This document shows positions 1 through 11,032 of a stretch of DNA of 64,000 bases, in pieces. Positions within the stretch are counted from its first letter, which is position 1. Each line of letters starts with the position of its first letter. The notes beneath the pieces are model-generated. The model ran no database searches. It was not told the origin of the DNA and saw nothing but the letters and a program-made list of their open reading frames with translations. Location: assembly GCA_902761035.1 (NCBI GenBank), contig CACWIW010000028.1, positions 1,558 to 65,557 on the forward strand, read 5' to 3'. This DNA comes from an uncultured bacterium (GTDB lineage Bacteria; Verrucomicrobiota; Kiritimatiellia; RFP12; UBA1067). The position numbers and the translations under genes were made by a program.

Positions 1-1075
<1,075 letters not shown>

Positions 1076-1095
1076 CATTTTTCCTTTCATCTCAA

Positions 1096-1821
1096 TCATG
1101 AGGGCCAAGGGAAGACCTTGTAGAGGCCGACCGCCGCAAGCGCGCCAACAATGGGGCCTAGCACGGGCACCCAGGCGTAGCGCCAGTTTGTCGGTGCCTT
1201 GTTCGACATCGGCAGAAAGGCGTAGACGATTCGCGGGCCGATGTCGCGGGCGGGGTTGATCGCGTAGCCGGTGAGGCCGCCCATCGACATGCCGATGGAG
1301 ACGATTATCGTGAACACGAGAAGGTAGTTGACGCCGCCGGCGATGCCAGGCACCTGGGCGATGCCCTTAATCGCGAACACCAGCACGAACGTGCCGAGGG
1401 CTTCGGCGAAGAAGTTACAGGGCGGGCACGGGATGCTGGGCGTGGTGCAGAAGCAGGCGCGCTTGGCCAAACCATCGGAGGTGGCGGCGAAATGCGTGTA
1501 GTAGAGCGCCCATACGAGGAACGCACCGATCATGGCACCGAGCATCTGTCCGGCGATGTACCAGCCGACAAGTCCCGGCGCAAGGCTGCCGTCCGCCGCC
1601 AGCGCGAGCGTGAGCGCGGGATTGAAGTGCGCCCCAGACGCCGCACCGAAGATGAATGCTGGCATCAGGACCGCAAGACCCCATCCCAAGGTGATCTGCA
1701 CCGTACCACCGCCTTTCATGCCGGATTTCTCCAGCAGCACGTTCGCCACCACGCCGTTGCCGAGCAGGATGAGAATCGCCGTTCCCATCAGCTCCGCGAG
1801 AAAACATGTCATTCCATTCAT
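1096..1821 (-). CDS. glpF: Aquaglyceroporin / glycerol uptake facilitator (MIP family)
   Basis: 241-aa ORF with both NPA boxes ([19 protein letters not shown]) and multiple hydrophobic segments. glpF-glpK gene order. Confidence 0.9.
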   Translation of the reverse strand: MNGMTCFLAELMGTAILILLGNGVVANVLLEKSGMKGGGTVQITLGWGLAVLMPAFIFGAASGAHFNPALTLALAADGSLAPGLVGWYIAGQMLGAMIGAFLVWALYYTHFAATSDGLAKRACFCTTPSIPCPPCNFFAEALGTFVLVFAIKGIAQVPGIAGGVNYLLVFTIIVSIGMSMGGLTGYAINPARDIGPRIVYAFLPMSNKAPTNWRYAWVPVLGPIVGALAAVGLYKVFPWPS

Positions 1822-2088
1822 GTGCCTTCATCTCCTTCTTGTCGTTGGGTTTGCGAAATTATACCAAATTCCCCGGCCTCCGCGCAAATCGTACGAATGC
1901 TGCTGGAAAGGCGTTTCTTCTCCGTCAAATGTTTGATAAACTAATCGCCTTTACACTCTTGCGTATGTAAACGTCCATGTCGCGAGTGCGGACGCGATGG
2001 GCACCCTATATATAAGGACGCGCGCGCGAAAGATTACCCCCTCCATCCTCCAAGACTCCGAAACTCCCAGCAGCGAAAGCAAGACGTT

Positions 2089-2209
2089 TTGCCTTTGAAC
2101 TGCTTTGCTGCTTGTTATGGCCTATAGAGCCCCAATTTCTGACACCTAGGTGTCATAACCAGTGACACCTAGGTGTCACGGATCACGGAAAGTGATTGGA
2201 AGCTCTTCC
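2089..2209. repeat. Left arm of a large inverted repeat, carrying 2 copies of the perfect 16-bp palindrome TGACACCTAGGTGTCA (2140-2155, 2163-2178; 23-bp phase)
   Basis: The reverse complement of 24930-25095 aligns almost base for base. The right arm has two extra palindrome units. Weaker similarity extends to ~2050. Confidence 0.85.
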
Positions 2210-2365
2210 TTGGCGGATTTAGCGATGCCTGTCCAGGTGTACTCGGCTCACGCCAACGAAAAATACAACATCCTATCGCGTGGTCGGAGGGGTGCTGTGA
2301 TAATGGGGATTATGCTATAATATTCGCCAGGAAGCCTTGAGCTTGACAAACAAGAGGAATAAACT

Positions 2366-3832
2366 ATGAGAAAAGTGGCAGTAAAGATGGTCGTGGGTAC
2401 GGTGGTTGCGGTCTGCGCGACGGCCAGTGCATACGAGGTGAAGCTTGATATTTCGCCTGATCGCGTGAGGACGCCGCTGAAGGTGGACATGGAGCGCATC
2501 GGGACGCTGCGTCCGCGTGGCGTGGAAGAAATTCACGGCTCCAACTGGACGCTCGGATGCGAGACGCTCGATCGCGACTTCGCGGTCTTCGACGAATACA
2601 AGAGTTTCCTCGCGCCGCTCGGCATCAAGACGATCCGCCTCCAGGCCGGGTGGGCGAAGTGCGAAAAGGAGAAGGGAAAATACGACTTCGCGTGGCTCGA
2701 CAAGATCATCGACTATGCCTGCGCGCAGGGTATCAACGTCCTTCTGGAGACCGGCTACGGCAATCCGATCTACAAGGGCGGTGGCGGATGGGACCTCGGC
2801 GCGGGGTTCCCTACGTCCGAAGAAGGGCTTGCCGGATGGGACCGCTGGGTCGAGGCGATGGCGACGCGCTACAAGGGGCGCGTGCGCGACTGGGCGATGT
2901 GGAACGAACCGGATTGCGGGGGGAAGACGCCGGAGTCGATTGCAGCGTTCAACATCCGCACGGCGAAGATCATCAAGCGCATCATCCCCGATTCTCGCAT
3001 TGCGGGACTCTCCCTCGCGGGCAACAATCCGGGGCATCTCGAGAAGTGCCTCAAGGCGATGGGCGAGGATGTGAAGCTCTTCGACTGGATCATCTACCAC
3101 GGCTACGCGCCAGCTCCGGAATCGTCTTACGAGAACGTTGAGAAGCAGAAGGAGGTTCTCGCAAAGTACAACCCGCAGGCGAAGATGCGCCAGGGCGAGA
3201 ACGGATGTCCAAGCGAGATGGCCACGAAGTTCGCGCTGAGCGGCATTCCCTGGAGCGAATACTCGCAGGCGAAGTGGGACATGCGGCGGATGCTCGGCGA
3301 CCTCGGGCACGACGTGGAGTCGAGCGTGTTCACGATCTGCGACTTCAACCACAGGGGACGGGAAATCAACCTGAAGGGCCTTCTGCGCATTAACTGGGAC
3401 AAGGAGGTCATCGCCGTCAAACGGGCGTATTACGCCGTGCAGAACGTGGCCAGCGTCTTTGACGACACGCTGGAGCGCGTGAAGAATTCCCGGTTCGGCA
3501 CGAGGGACACGACCCTCTCCACCTACGAGTACAAGAAGGCCGACGGGCGGCGCGTCCTTGTGTTCTGGAAACATGCGGACGAGACCAAATCGCTGAAACC
3601 GAAGTATGCGCGCCCGGGTGACTCGTTTGAGACTCGCCCCGCAGTGTTCAAGTATCCCGGCGGGCAGCCGTTCAAGGAGCCGGTCTGGATCGACCTTCTC
3701 ACGGGGCGCGTCTATGCGTTCCCGAAGGAGAACCAGATCGTCGTCCCCGCCGGCGTTGTATTTGTCGACGTGCCCGTCTATGACTCGCCGTGCGTCCTCA
3801 CCGAGCGTAGCGCGGTGGAAATCACGCGTTAA
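2366..3832 (+). CDS. Exported glycoside hydrolase, TIM-barrel clan GH-A (family not resolvable by eye)
   Basis: 488-aa ORF with a signal peptide (VVGTVVAVCATASA). Acid/base-type motif WAMWNEPD and candidate nucleophile RQGENGCP. Confidence 0.6.
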   Translation: MRKVAVKMVVGTVVAVCATASAYEVKLDISPDRVRTPLKVDMERIGTLRPRGVEEIHGSNWTLGCETLDRDFAVFDEYKSFLAPLGIKTIRLQAGWAKCEKEKGKYDFAWLDKIIDYACAQGINVLLETGYGNPIYKGGGGWDLGAGFPTSEEGLAGWDRWVEAMATRYKGRVRDWAMWNEPDCGGKTPESIAAFNIRTAKIIKRIIPDSRIAGLSLAGNNPGHLEKCLKAMGEDVKLFDWIIYHGYAPAPESSYENVEKQKEVLAKYNPQAKMRQGENGCPSEMATKFALSGIPWSEYSQAKWDMRRMLGDLGHDVESSVFTICDFNHRGREINLKGLLRINWDKEVIAVKRAYYAVQNVASVFDDTLERVKNSRFGTRDTTLSTYEYKKADGRRVLVFWKHADETKSLKPKYARPGDSFETRPAVFKYPGGQPFKEPVWIDLLTGRVYAFPKENQIVVPAGVVFVDVPVYDSPCVLTERSAVEITR

Positions 3833-3871
3833 ACAGTTACGATGTCACTAAAAAATCAAGGAGTATGGGAA

Positions 3872-6187
3872 ATGAGAAGAGTCTTCCTGGCATTGGCGGT
3901 TAGCCTCGTTTCGGCGAGCGCATGGTCGGCGTCGTTTGAAACCGCCGTGTGGCGTGGCGAAACGGCGTACGTCAAGATTCCAAAAGTGCTGCAGGACAAG
4001 GTGTCTGTCCTTTACGATCGCCACACGGACGGCGACATCTCGCTCACGCTTCTCCGGTTTGACGAAGTGAAGTACGATTTGTCGGAGCTGGCCAAGAACA
4101 AAGACGGCAAGACGGTCCGCAAGATCACCGGCAAGGGGTCTGTCCCCGACGTGTGCAGGGAGTGGAAGGCGGGCGACACGGTGAAGCCGACCATGATCAA
4201 GGTCACGGTCAAGTCCGACGCTAAGCCGGCGAAGAGGGTGTTCAAGTTGGACAAGGCCGGTGATGATTCATTTGTTGTGACGGTTGTCGATCGCGTACTG
4301 CCGCCGGCGAAGGACTGGAAATACTTTCTCGACCTCTGGCAGCATCCATGGGCTGTCGCGCGCTACTTCAACGTCAAGCCGTTCTCGAAGGAACACTATG
4401 CGAAGATGGAACCGGTCTGGCGCACGCTTGCGGACTGCGGCTGCAAGGCCCTCACCGTGACGCTTCTCGACCTTCCGTGGAACCACCAGTGCTACGACGG
4501 CTACTATTCGATGATCGACCGAGTGAAGAAGGCGGACGGCTCATGGGCGTTCGACTACGCGCTTTTCGACGAATATGTCGCGTTCGGGCGCGCATGCGGG
4601 CTCGGACCTGACATCGCCTGCTACTCGATGTGTCCGTGGCGATACAGGATGACGTGGAAGGATGCGGACGGAACGTATCATCGTGAGAAGCTGCTTCCGG
4701 GAACGCCTGCGTTTGAGGACTACTGGGGGCCGTTCCTCGTTGACTTTGCCCGGCACCTCAAGGAGAAGGGTTGGTTCGAGGACACCTACATCGCGATGGA
4801 CGAGCGCGGACCGGATGACGTGCGTAAAATCGCCGACCTCATCCAGAGCAAGGCACCCGGCATGAAGATCGCCATCTGCGGCAAGACGAAGCCGTCCGCG
4901 TTCAATGGCATCAAGATCGAGAACTTCTGTCAGGGGCTCATCCATCTTCGGAGCGACTTCCTGCCGGAACTCAAGCCGCGCCGCGAGAAGGGCTACAAGA
5001 CGACGTTTTACGTCTGTTTTTCGGCGGCCCACCCCAATACGTTCATGCACAGTCCCGCAGACGAAGGATTCTGGCTCGGCGCGTATCCCGTCATGATCGG
5101 TTTCGACGGCTTCCTCCGCTGGGCAGCGAATTCCTGGCCGAAAGATCCCTACGCCGATGCCTCGTACAAGACGGAATCCCTGCTCGTTCCGGGCGATACG
5201 TTCCTCGTCTATCCGGGCGGAGAGCTGTCCGCGCGCCTGATTTCGCTCCGTGCGGGCGTTGTCGCCGCCGAGAAGATGAGGATATTGAGGGAAGAGGGAT
5301 CAGGAAAGAGGGAAGAGGATATCAAGCGGCTGGCAGCGCCCTACGGTTTTCGCGGGGCGGTGCATAACGCCTTTGACTTCTCCGCCTTCCGGCGTGACGT
5401 TGAGTCGTTCGTGAACGCCGAGGCCGCGTCCGGACCGCAGCTCTACATGGCGGGTGATTCCATCATGACGGAATACACGCCGAACTGGTTCCCGCAGTAT
5501 GGCTGGGGACAGTCCCTGAAATCGTTTATGAAGAAGCCTGAAAATCTCCATAACTTCGCCCGGAGCGGCTGGAGCGCGCGGCGTTTTCGCGAGTCCGGGC
5601 GCTGGGAGAAGTGCATCGCTTCCGCGCTCAAGCCCGGCGACTGGGTAATCGTATCGTTCGGACACAACGATATGAACAAGCGTCGCAACAAGCCGCCGAA
5701 GAACGACTATTCCACAGTTGACGAGTACAAGGCGTTCCTTAGGGGCTTCGCAGCCGATGCGCGGGCGAAGGGCGCGAACATCGCCTTCGCGACGTCGATT
5801 GCGCATTCGTCCGGGTTCCGCGAGAAGGACGGCGCGATGTCGGTGGACGGCGGCGCGACGGGGCTGGGGCCGTATGTCGCGGCGATGCGCGAGACCGCCG
5901 CCGAACTCGGCGTGCCGCTCCTTGACCTCAACCGCTATGCAGAAGAGAAGCTCCCGAAGATGGGACTGGAAAAGGCGAAGGCGCTCTACATGTACGTCAA
6001 GCCGGGTGAATACGCAAACTATCCCAAAGGCAAACAGGATGCTGCACACGTCCGCGACGCGGGTGCTTATTTCTACGCTCGGGGGGCCGTAGAAATGGTA
6101 TGTAAGCAGGGGATTTCCCTTGCCGATCTCTGGAAAGACCCGTCGAGTGTCCAGTTCGTACCATCCGTGTCGGCCGTGCGACCGTAG
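3872..6187 (+). CDS. Exported two-domain enzyme: DUF4091/GH123-like domain fused to an SGNH/GDSL esterase (CE12 rhamnogalacturonan acetylesterase-like)
   Basis: ORF 3842..6187. AAGGAG sits 8 nt before the in-frame ATG at 3872, followed by signal peptide MRRVFLALAVSLVSASAWSA. C-terminal SGNH blocks: YMAGDSIM, ARSGWS, VSFGHND, DAAHV. Confidence 0.6.
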   Translation: MRRVFLALAVSLVSASAWSASFETAVWRGETAYVKIPKVLQDKVSVLYDRHTDGDISLTLLRFDEVKYDLSELAKNKDGKTVRKITGKGSVPDVCREWKAGDTVKPTMIKVTVKSDAKPAKRVFKLDKAGDDSFVVTVVDRVLPPAKDWKYFLDLWQHPWAVARYFNVKPFSKEHYAKMEPVWRTLADCGCKALTVTLLDLPWNHQCYDGYYSMIDRVKKADGSWAFDYALFDEYVAFGRACGLGPDIACYSMCPWRYRMTWKDADGTYHREKLLPGTPAFEDYWGPFLVDFARHLKEKGWFEDTYIAMDERGPDDVRKIADLIQSKAPGMKIAICGKTKPSAFNGIKIENFCQGLIHLRSDFLPELKPRREKGYKTTFYVCFSAAHPNTFMHSPADEGFWLGAYPVMIGFDGFLRWAANSWPKDPYADASYKTESLLVPGDTFLVYPGGELSARLISLRAGVVAAEKMRILREEGSGKREEDIKRLAAPYGFRGAVHNAFDFSAFRRDVESFVNAEAASGPQLYMAGDSIMTEYTPNWFPQYGWGQSLKSFMKKPENLHNFARSGWSARRFRESGRWEKCIASALKPGDWVIVSFGHNDMNKRRNKPPKNDYSTVDEYKAFLRGFAADARAKGANIAFATSIAHSSGFREKDGAMSVDGGATGLGPYVAAMRETAAELGVPLLDLNRYAEEKLPKMGLEKAKALYMYVKPGEYANYPKGKQDAAHVRDAGAYFYARGAVEMVCKQGISLADLWKDPSSVQFVPSVSAVRP

Positions 6188-6342
6188 GCGGCCCGCCTCA
6201 CGCACGTTTTGTGAAAGGCCCCATAACCACCATAACCTCATTACCCAAGATTGAGGATAATATGGCAAAATGGCGAAGTCAGATATGATATACTATTCGT
6301 TCCAACGCGAAAATGGATAAAAGAGAAGAAAGAGGAAAAAAG

Positions 6343-7605
6343 ATGACATTGTTCGAGGAGTTGAAGGCGCGCGGTCTCGTGGAGGCCGTGACGGACCCCG
6401 AGATCGAGAAGCTGCTCAAGACGCCGCAGACGGTGTACTGCGGCTTCGACCCCTCCGCCGCCTCGCTGCAGGCGGGGAACCTCGTGTCCATCATGGTGCT
6501 CCGCCGCTTCCAGCAGGCCGGACACAAGGTGATCGCCCTCGTGGGCGGCGCGACGGGCCTGATCGGCGATCCGTCCGGAAAGTCCGCCGAGCGCAACATG
6601 CTCACCGTGGAGCAGGTGGAGGCGAACAAGAAGGGCATCCGCGAGAACCTTTCGCGCATCCTCGACTTCGACGGACCCAACGCGGCAGTGATGGTGGACA
6701 ACTACGACTGGTACAAGGGCACGAGCGCGATTGAGTTCCTGCGCGACATCGCGATCAACTTCCGCGTGCCCCAGATGCTCGCGAAGGAGAGCGTGAAGAA
6801 GCGCCTGGAGGCGAGCGAGGGCGCGCTCACCTTCACCGAGTTCAGCTACCAGATCCTCCAGGGCAACGACTTCCTCCACCTCTTCGACACCTTCGGCTGT
6901 TCCATCGAGGTGGGCGGCGCCGACCAGTGGGGCAACATCACGGCTGGCACCGACCTCGTGCACCGGATGCGCGGCAAGACGGCCTACGGCCTCACGTTCC
7001 CGCTGCTCCTCGACTCGACGGGCAAGAAGTTCGGCAAGAGCGAGGGTAACGCGCTGTTCCTGAACGGACAGATGACGAGCGTCTACGACTGGTACCAGTA
7101 CTTCCTCCGTGCGGCCGATGCGGACGTGATTCGCTACCTGAAGGTGTTCTCGCTCAGACCGCTCGACGAGATCGCCGCGCTCGAGGCGCAGATGAAGGCG
7201 AATCCTGAGGCGCGCATCCCGCAGAAGGCGCTCGCGGAGGAGATCACGCGCCTCGTCCACGGCGAGGAAGGCCTCAAGACTGCGCTCGGCGCCACGCAGA
7301 CGCTCTTCGGCGGCTCCGTGGAAGGGAAGAGCGCGGACGAGCTGGAGACGATCTTCAAGGACGTGAAGAGTGCCGAGCTCGCGAAGGCCGACTGTGTCGG
7401 CAAGACAGTCTTCATGGTTGCGGCGGACGCGGGCATGTTCAACTCGCGCGGCGACGCGCGCCGCATGGCGCAGCAGGGTGGGCTCTCGCTCAACGGCGCG
7501 AAGATCGACGCGAACCGCGCGTTTGCGGAGACCGACTTCGTCGATGGCCGCGTGGCCGTTCTCCGCAGCGGCAAAAAGAACCACTTCTTGTTGAAGGTCC
7601 GCTGA
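6343..7605 (+). CDS. tyrS: Tyrosyl-tRNA synthetase
   Basis: MTLFEELKARGL start, GFDPSAASLQAGN (HIGH-region equivalent), KFGKSEGN (KMSKS), C-terminal S4-like domain. Confidence 0.9.
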   Translation: MTLFEELKARGLVEAVTDPEIEKLLKTPQTVYCGFDPSAASLQAGNLVSIMVLRRFQQAGHKVIALVGGATGLIGDPSGKSAERNMLTVEQVEANKKGIRENLSRILDFDGPNAAVMVDNYDWYKGTSAIEFLRDIAINFRVPQMLAKESVKKRLEASEGALTFTEFSYQILQGNDFLHLFDTFGCSIEVGGADQWGNITAGTDLVHRMRGKTAYGLTFPLLLDSTGKKFGKSEGNALFLNGQMTSVYDWYQYFLRAADADVIRYLKVFSLRPLDEIAALEAQMKANPEARIPQKALAEEITRLVHGEEGLKTALGATQTLFGGSVEGKSADELETIFKDVKSAELAKADCVGKTVFMVAADAGMFNSRGDARRMAQQGGLSLNGAKIDANRAFAETDFVDGRVAVLRSGKKNHFLLKVR

Positions 7606-7611
7606 TAAGAT

Positions 7612-7678
7612 TTAGCCACAAAGAACGCAAAGGTCACAAAGACTTTGTGCTCTTTGTGTTCTTTGTGGCAAAAAAAAA
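7612..7678. repeat. Low-complexity hairpin repeat, family A (TTAGCCACAAAGAACGCAAAG...CTTTGTGTTCTTTGTGGCAAAAAAAA); possible bidirectional terminator after tyrS
   Basis: Arms 7615-7641 and 7643-7669 are complementary. The same motif recurs at 45357, 47091, 49757, 53019 and 53441. Confidence 0.7.
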
Positions 7679-7695
7679 TAAAAGTCGGCATTTCG

Positions 7696-8850
7696 ATGAA
7701 AAGGCTGGTTGCATACTTGATTCTTCTCGCTTGTGTCGCGTGTGCGCAGGAGGGCGATTTGGTCATCGTGCGGCGCAAGCCGTCCGAAATGCCGAAGACC
7801 GCCACGTCTGCCGGTGGTTTCGTGAAGGTGGTGGCGGCTGACGTGCCGGGCGACCCGATGGGATTCCGTCTGCCAATCCTCCAGTTCGTCACCCGTAACC
7901 TACGGGACCTGGAAAAGGCGTACAAGCTCGAAATGCCGCGCCGCGCGGAATCAGGTATCGTAATCCACGCGCTGGACGGCCGCACGAACGACACGCGCGT
8001 GATCGTGCGCACGATGCGCCGTGATGACACTCTCGTCACGCGCGTGTGGCTGCCGTCGCCGGGCTTTTCCGATTTGGAACAGCTGCGTTTCGAGATAGCC
8101 CGTGCCTACCTGCGCGCGTGGATCGACCGCGCTGCGCCGAGCGGCGTTACGCCGGGCGAACTGCCGGACTGGGTGGTACAGGGCGCTCTGCGCGCCGCCG
8201 ACAACGAAGTTGCCCATGACGACATACGGTTCGTGTTGGGGCTCTGGAGTTCGGCCCGCCTGCCGTTTTTCCCTGCGCTTTGTTCGGATCTCCGCGTCGT
8301 GAAGGGGCCCGCCGCAGCCTTGCCGGGGTACGTGGTGGGGTACATCCGCGAAAAGCACGTCTTAAAGAAGGCCTTGGAATATCTTGCGTCAGGTGCCGCA
8401 TGGAACGGTGCATGGTTAGCTGAACAGCTGACTGGCGAACAGGACCCCGTCGAGCAGGACCGCGTATCGGACGAGCGGCTGGCGCGCTTGTCGCGCGCAG
8501 TGCTTTCGCCGGGCCGTGCGAGCGCATGGGACATACAGACCTTCGCCTCGCGTCTGCGTCTCTATCCGGCGACGTTCGACCGGACCCTTGGCACGAGCGC
8601 CATGTCTTGTTCTTTCGCAGAGGCCATAGAGTTGTCGGCAACGGATGGGAACGTTCGCGTTGCGGCCGCTCAGAAAGCGCGCGAGATGCCGATGTACGTG
8701 GTCGGACGCGGCGAGGAGCTTATGGCGGTGGGCGAGGCGTACAGGAAGTTCCTGCTCGCCGTTGCGCGCGGGGATCCGCCTGCGGAATTGCGCGCTCTCC
8801 TGCGGGCAGCCGATGCGCTCCTTGCTCCGCTCCTCTCGCCAGCCAAATAA
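7696..8850 (+). CDS. Hypothetical lipoprotein
   Basis: Internal ATG of ORF 7645..8850 gives MKRLVAYLILLACVACAQ (lipobox-like LLACVAC). No recognisable domain. Confidence 0.5.
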   Translation: MKRLVAYLILLACVACAQEGDLVIVRRKPSEMPKTATSAGGFVKVVAADVPGDPMGFRLPILQFVTRNLRDLEKAYKLEMPRRAESGIVIHALDGRTNDTRVIVRTMRRDDTLVTRVWLPSPGFSDLEQLRFEIARAYLRAWIDRAAPSGVTPGELPDWVVQGALRAADNEVAHDDIRFVLGLWSSARLPFFPALCSDLRVVKGPAAALPGYVVGYIREKHVLKKALEYLASGAAWNGAWLAEQLTGEQDPVEQDRVSDERLARLSRAVLSPGRASAWDIQTFASRLRLYPATFDRTLGTSAMSCSFAEAIELSATDGNVRVAAAQKAREMPMYVVGRGEELMAVGEAYRKFLLAVARGDPPAELRALLRAADALLAPLLSPAK

Positions 8851-10476
8851 CTACGCATCAGACCTTTCGCGGAGCAGTTCTTTGAACTTCAGGCCGAAGC
8901 GGCCGAGGTATTTCGAGAGGCGGTCAGAGTCGTTGCTCGACTTCTTCGCCTTACGCGACACGGCGAAGAGCTTCTTCGCGGCGTCGGCGGTGGATGACGA
9001 GGCGCGGCAAACGGCGACGACGTGCGCGAGTTGCGCAAGATCGAAGCTGTCGTACCGCGCGGCGTAGTCCTTGCCGAGGAGTGCTGCGAGGATGGCGTTG
9101 TTGTCCATAGCGTGCGCCGTATCGCGAGCGCCGCCCGACAACATTCGGGCGATTTCCTCTATGACGACGTCCTCGGTGATGCGTCCGCCATCGGAGAGCG
9201 TGGCCATGCGCACGACCATCGCGTTGAGGTCGCGGAAGTTGCCGTGCCAGGGCGTGGAGGGGGCGAGCGCGAACTTGAGGAAGCGGGTGCGCGCCTCCTT
9301 GCTGAACGACACGTGCTTGCTCGTCCGCTGCGAATACTGCAGCAGCTCGTAGTCCAGGTTCGGCTCGATGTCCTCACGGCGTTCGGCGAGTCCGGGCATC
9401 TGGAAGCTCCAGAGGTCGATGCGGGCGAGGAGGTCGCGGCGGAACTTGCCGCTCGTCACGTCGTCCATGAGATTACGGTTCGTACCGCAGATGAGTTGGA
9501 AGTCGCTGTGTTCGTCCTTGGCGGCGCCGAGCGGACGGTAGGTCTTCTCCTCGATCGCCTTGAGGAGCATTGTCTGAGCCTCCATCGGCAGTTCGCCGAT
9601 CTCGTCGAGGAAGATGATGCCGCCGTCGGCCTCCTTGAGAAACCCGGCGTGATCGGCTCCGGCGCCGGAGAACGAACCTTTCTTGTGTCCGAAAAGGGCG
9701 GACTTCGCGAGGTCGCCGCCGAGCGTCGCGCAGTTGACGGCCACGAAGTCGCCCTTGACCTTGCCGGACTGCTTCTTGAGCAGGTAGATCTGCTTGGCGA
9801 GCTGGCTCTTGCCCGCGCCGGTGGGGCCGGTGAGCAGGATGGGGTCGGAGGAGCGCACGGACACGCGCTCGATCGTCTCGATGAGGTGGTTGAAGTCGGC
9901 GTTGCGCGTGGCGATGCCCTGCTTGAGGAAGGAGAGGTCCTTCTGTCGTTCGGTCTCGAAGCGCTTAGCGAGCACGTCGTAGCGCGAGAGGTCGAGGTCG
10001 ATCACGTTGATCGTGCCCTTGGGGTCGTTCGAGTGGCGGACGTGTCCCTCCTTCGGCGAGGACTGCACGATTTTCGCGTTGAGGTGGTGCGACTCGACGA
10101 GCAGGAAGAGACAGATCTTCTCCACGTGCGAACCGGTGGAGATGTGGATATAGTAGGAGGTCTTATCCTCGTGGAAGCATGGCGACTTGGAGTAGTCGTA
10201 GAACTTGGAGTACACCTCCTCGAAGTCCCAGGGGTCCTTTAGCTCGATGTTGTCCAACACGACCTTGGTTTCGGGTGAGACGCTTCGGATGTCGGCCTTG
10301 ATACGGTCGGCGAGGTCCTTGTACGCCTTGTTGTAGATGATGTGTAGTTCGTCGATTGGGAGCTCGTCCTGCTGGACGAGTCCGATTGTGGGGCGCCAGG
10401 TGTCCCAACGCGCCGCACCCGCGCCGCCGTGGGCATCCTTCTGAGTTCCGAGAACCGATATCGCTGTTGTTTTCAT
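8851..10476 (-). CDS. rtcR: Sigma-54-dependent activator RtcR (CARF-like N-domain + AAA+ domain)
   Basis: From MKTTAISVLGTQKD... onward. Walker A GPTGAGKS, GAFTGA-like FSGAGADHAGFL, FLDEIGEL. Length is similar to RtcR, and an rtcB relic lies divergently. Confidence 0.85.
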   Translation of the reverse strand: MKTTAISVLGTQKDAHGGAGAARWDTWRPTIGLVQQDELPIDELHIIYNKAYKDLADRIKADIRSVSPETKVVLDNIELKDPWDFEEVYSKFYDYSKSPCFHEDKTSYYIHISTGSHVEKICLFLLVESHHLNAKIVQSSPKEGHVRHSNDPKGTINVIDLDLSRYDVLAKRFETERQKDLSFLKQGIATRNADFNHLIETIERVSVRSSDPILLTGPTGAGKSQLAKQIYLLKKQSGKVKGDFVAVNCATLGGDLAKSALFGHKKGSFSGAGADHAGFLKEADGGIIFLDEIGELPMEAQTMLLKAIEEKTYRPLGAAKDEHSDFQLICGTNRNLMDDVTSGKFRRDLLARIDLWSFQMPGLAERREDIEPNLDYELLQYSQRTSKHVSFSKEARTRFLKFALAPSTPWHGNFRDLNAMVVRMATLSDGGRITEDVVIEEIARMLSGGARDTAHAMDNNAILAALLGKDYAARYDSFDLAQLAHVVAVCRASSSTADAAKKLFAVSRKAKKSSNDSDRLSKYLGRFGLKFKELLRERSDA

Positions 10477-10738
10477 GGTGCACAGTCTAACATATCCCAC
10501 GGCGGAATGATAGAAGAAAATATAGTGGCTATAATTTTTCATAATGGGCTGATGAGAGAAGAGTAAGGGTTGATATCTCACGCAGAGGCGCAGAGAGGCG
10601 GAGAGCGCAGAGGGCTCTTGAGTTAATCACTATTTTGGCATTTGAGGAAATTACAACACGATATAGCAAGGCCTCCTCGGCCCTGCCGCGAGGGTGTTGA
10701 CACCTTCCCCCTGCGAGAGATTCCTCTCCGCCACTGTC

Positions 10739-10755
10739 TTGGCACGATATCTGCT
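10739..10755 (+). promoter_or_regulatory. Sigma-54 (-24/-12) promoter TTGGCACGATATCTGCT
   Basis: GG and GC are 12 nt apart. Lies in the rtcR-divergent intergenic region, 28 nt upstream of the small ORF start. Confidence 0.6.
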
Positions 10756-10782
10756 CTACAAAAGGCACAAGGAGATTACACC

Positions 10783-10917
10783 ATGAAAAAGATGATCGAA
10801 AAAATCGTTGACGCCATCCTCGAACTCGTTGCCGGGTCGTTTGAAATCGGCCCCTGCAACCTCAAGGACGAGGAATTGTTCCCCGGTGCAGCCCGTCTGG
10901 GGGCCGCCGCCGGCTAG
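10783..10917 (+). CDS. Small ORF (44 aa) MKKMIEKIVDAILELVAGSFEIGPCNLKDEELFPGAARLGAAAG
   Basis: AAGGAG lies 7-8 nt upstream. It is the first ORF after the sigma-54 promoter and occupies the position where rtcB/rtcA normally begin. Confidence 0.4.
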   Translation: MKKMIEKIVDAILELVAGSFEIGPCNLKDEELFPGAARLGAAAG

Positions 10918-10922
10918 CAAAT

Positions 10923-11012
10923 AGGACAGAGGACGGAAGACAAAGGACAAAGGATTGTTGCTTCGCACATTCCAAAGTCCTAAGTCCTAAATCCTCTGTC
11001 CTCTGTCCTTTG
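10923..11012. repeat. Low-complexity hairpin repeat (GGACAGAGGACGGAAGACAAAGGACAAAGGAT ... ATCCTCTGTCCTCTGTCCTTTG)
   Basis: Complementary arms with ~7-nt internal periodicity, between the small ORF and the rtcB relic. Confidence 0.7.
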
Positions 11013-11032
11013 ACAGCAGGAAGATTACGAAA

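Noticed and set aside
2176-2330. Short ORFs starting inside the inverted-repeat arms: VSRITESDWKLF... on the left, and MSRITDSDWKLF... (24741..24965, minus strand) on the right.
   Set aside because: Similarity stops exactly where the nucleotide repeat stops (after ~12 codons), and the remainders are unrelated. The shared N-termini are therefore a by-product of the DNA repeat rather than evidence of a gene.
2315-3574. Long antisense or out-of-frame ORFs listed in the track. Examples: 2315..3574(-), 6241..7584(-), 9022..10242(+), 20069..21535(-), 37131..38786(+), 44278..45327(+), 45352..47001(-), 47611..49089(-), 55933..58137(-), 60940..62580(-).
   Set aside because: They overlap strongly supported genes on the other strand or frame. 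Their Arg/Ala/Gly/Pro-rich composition is typical of shadow ORFs in high-GC DNA, and they have no motifs or RBS.
6188-6342. T-box or other leader RNA upstream of tyrS.
   Set aside because: No specifier-loop or T-box consensus, and no terminator/antiterminator pair, is recognisable by eye in the 150-nt leader.
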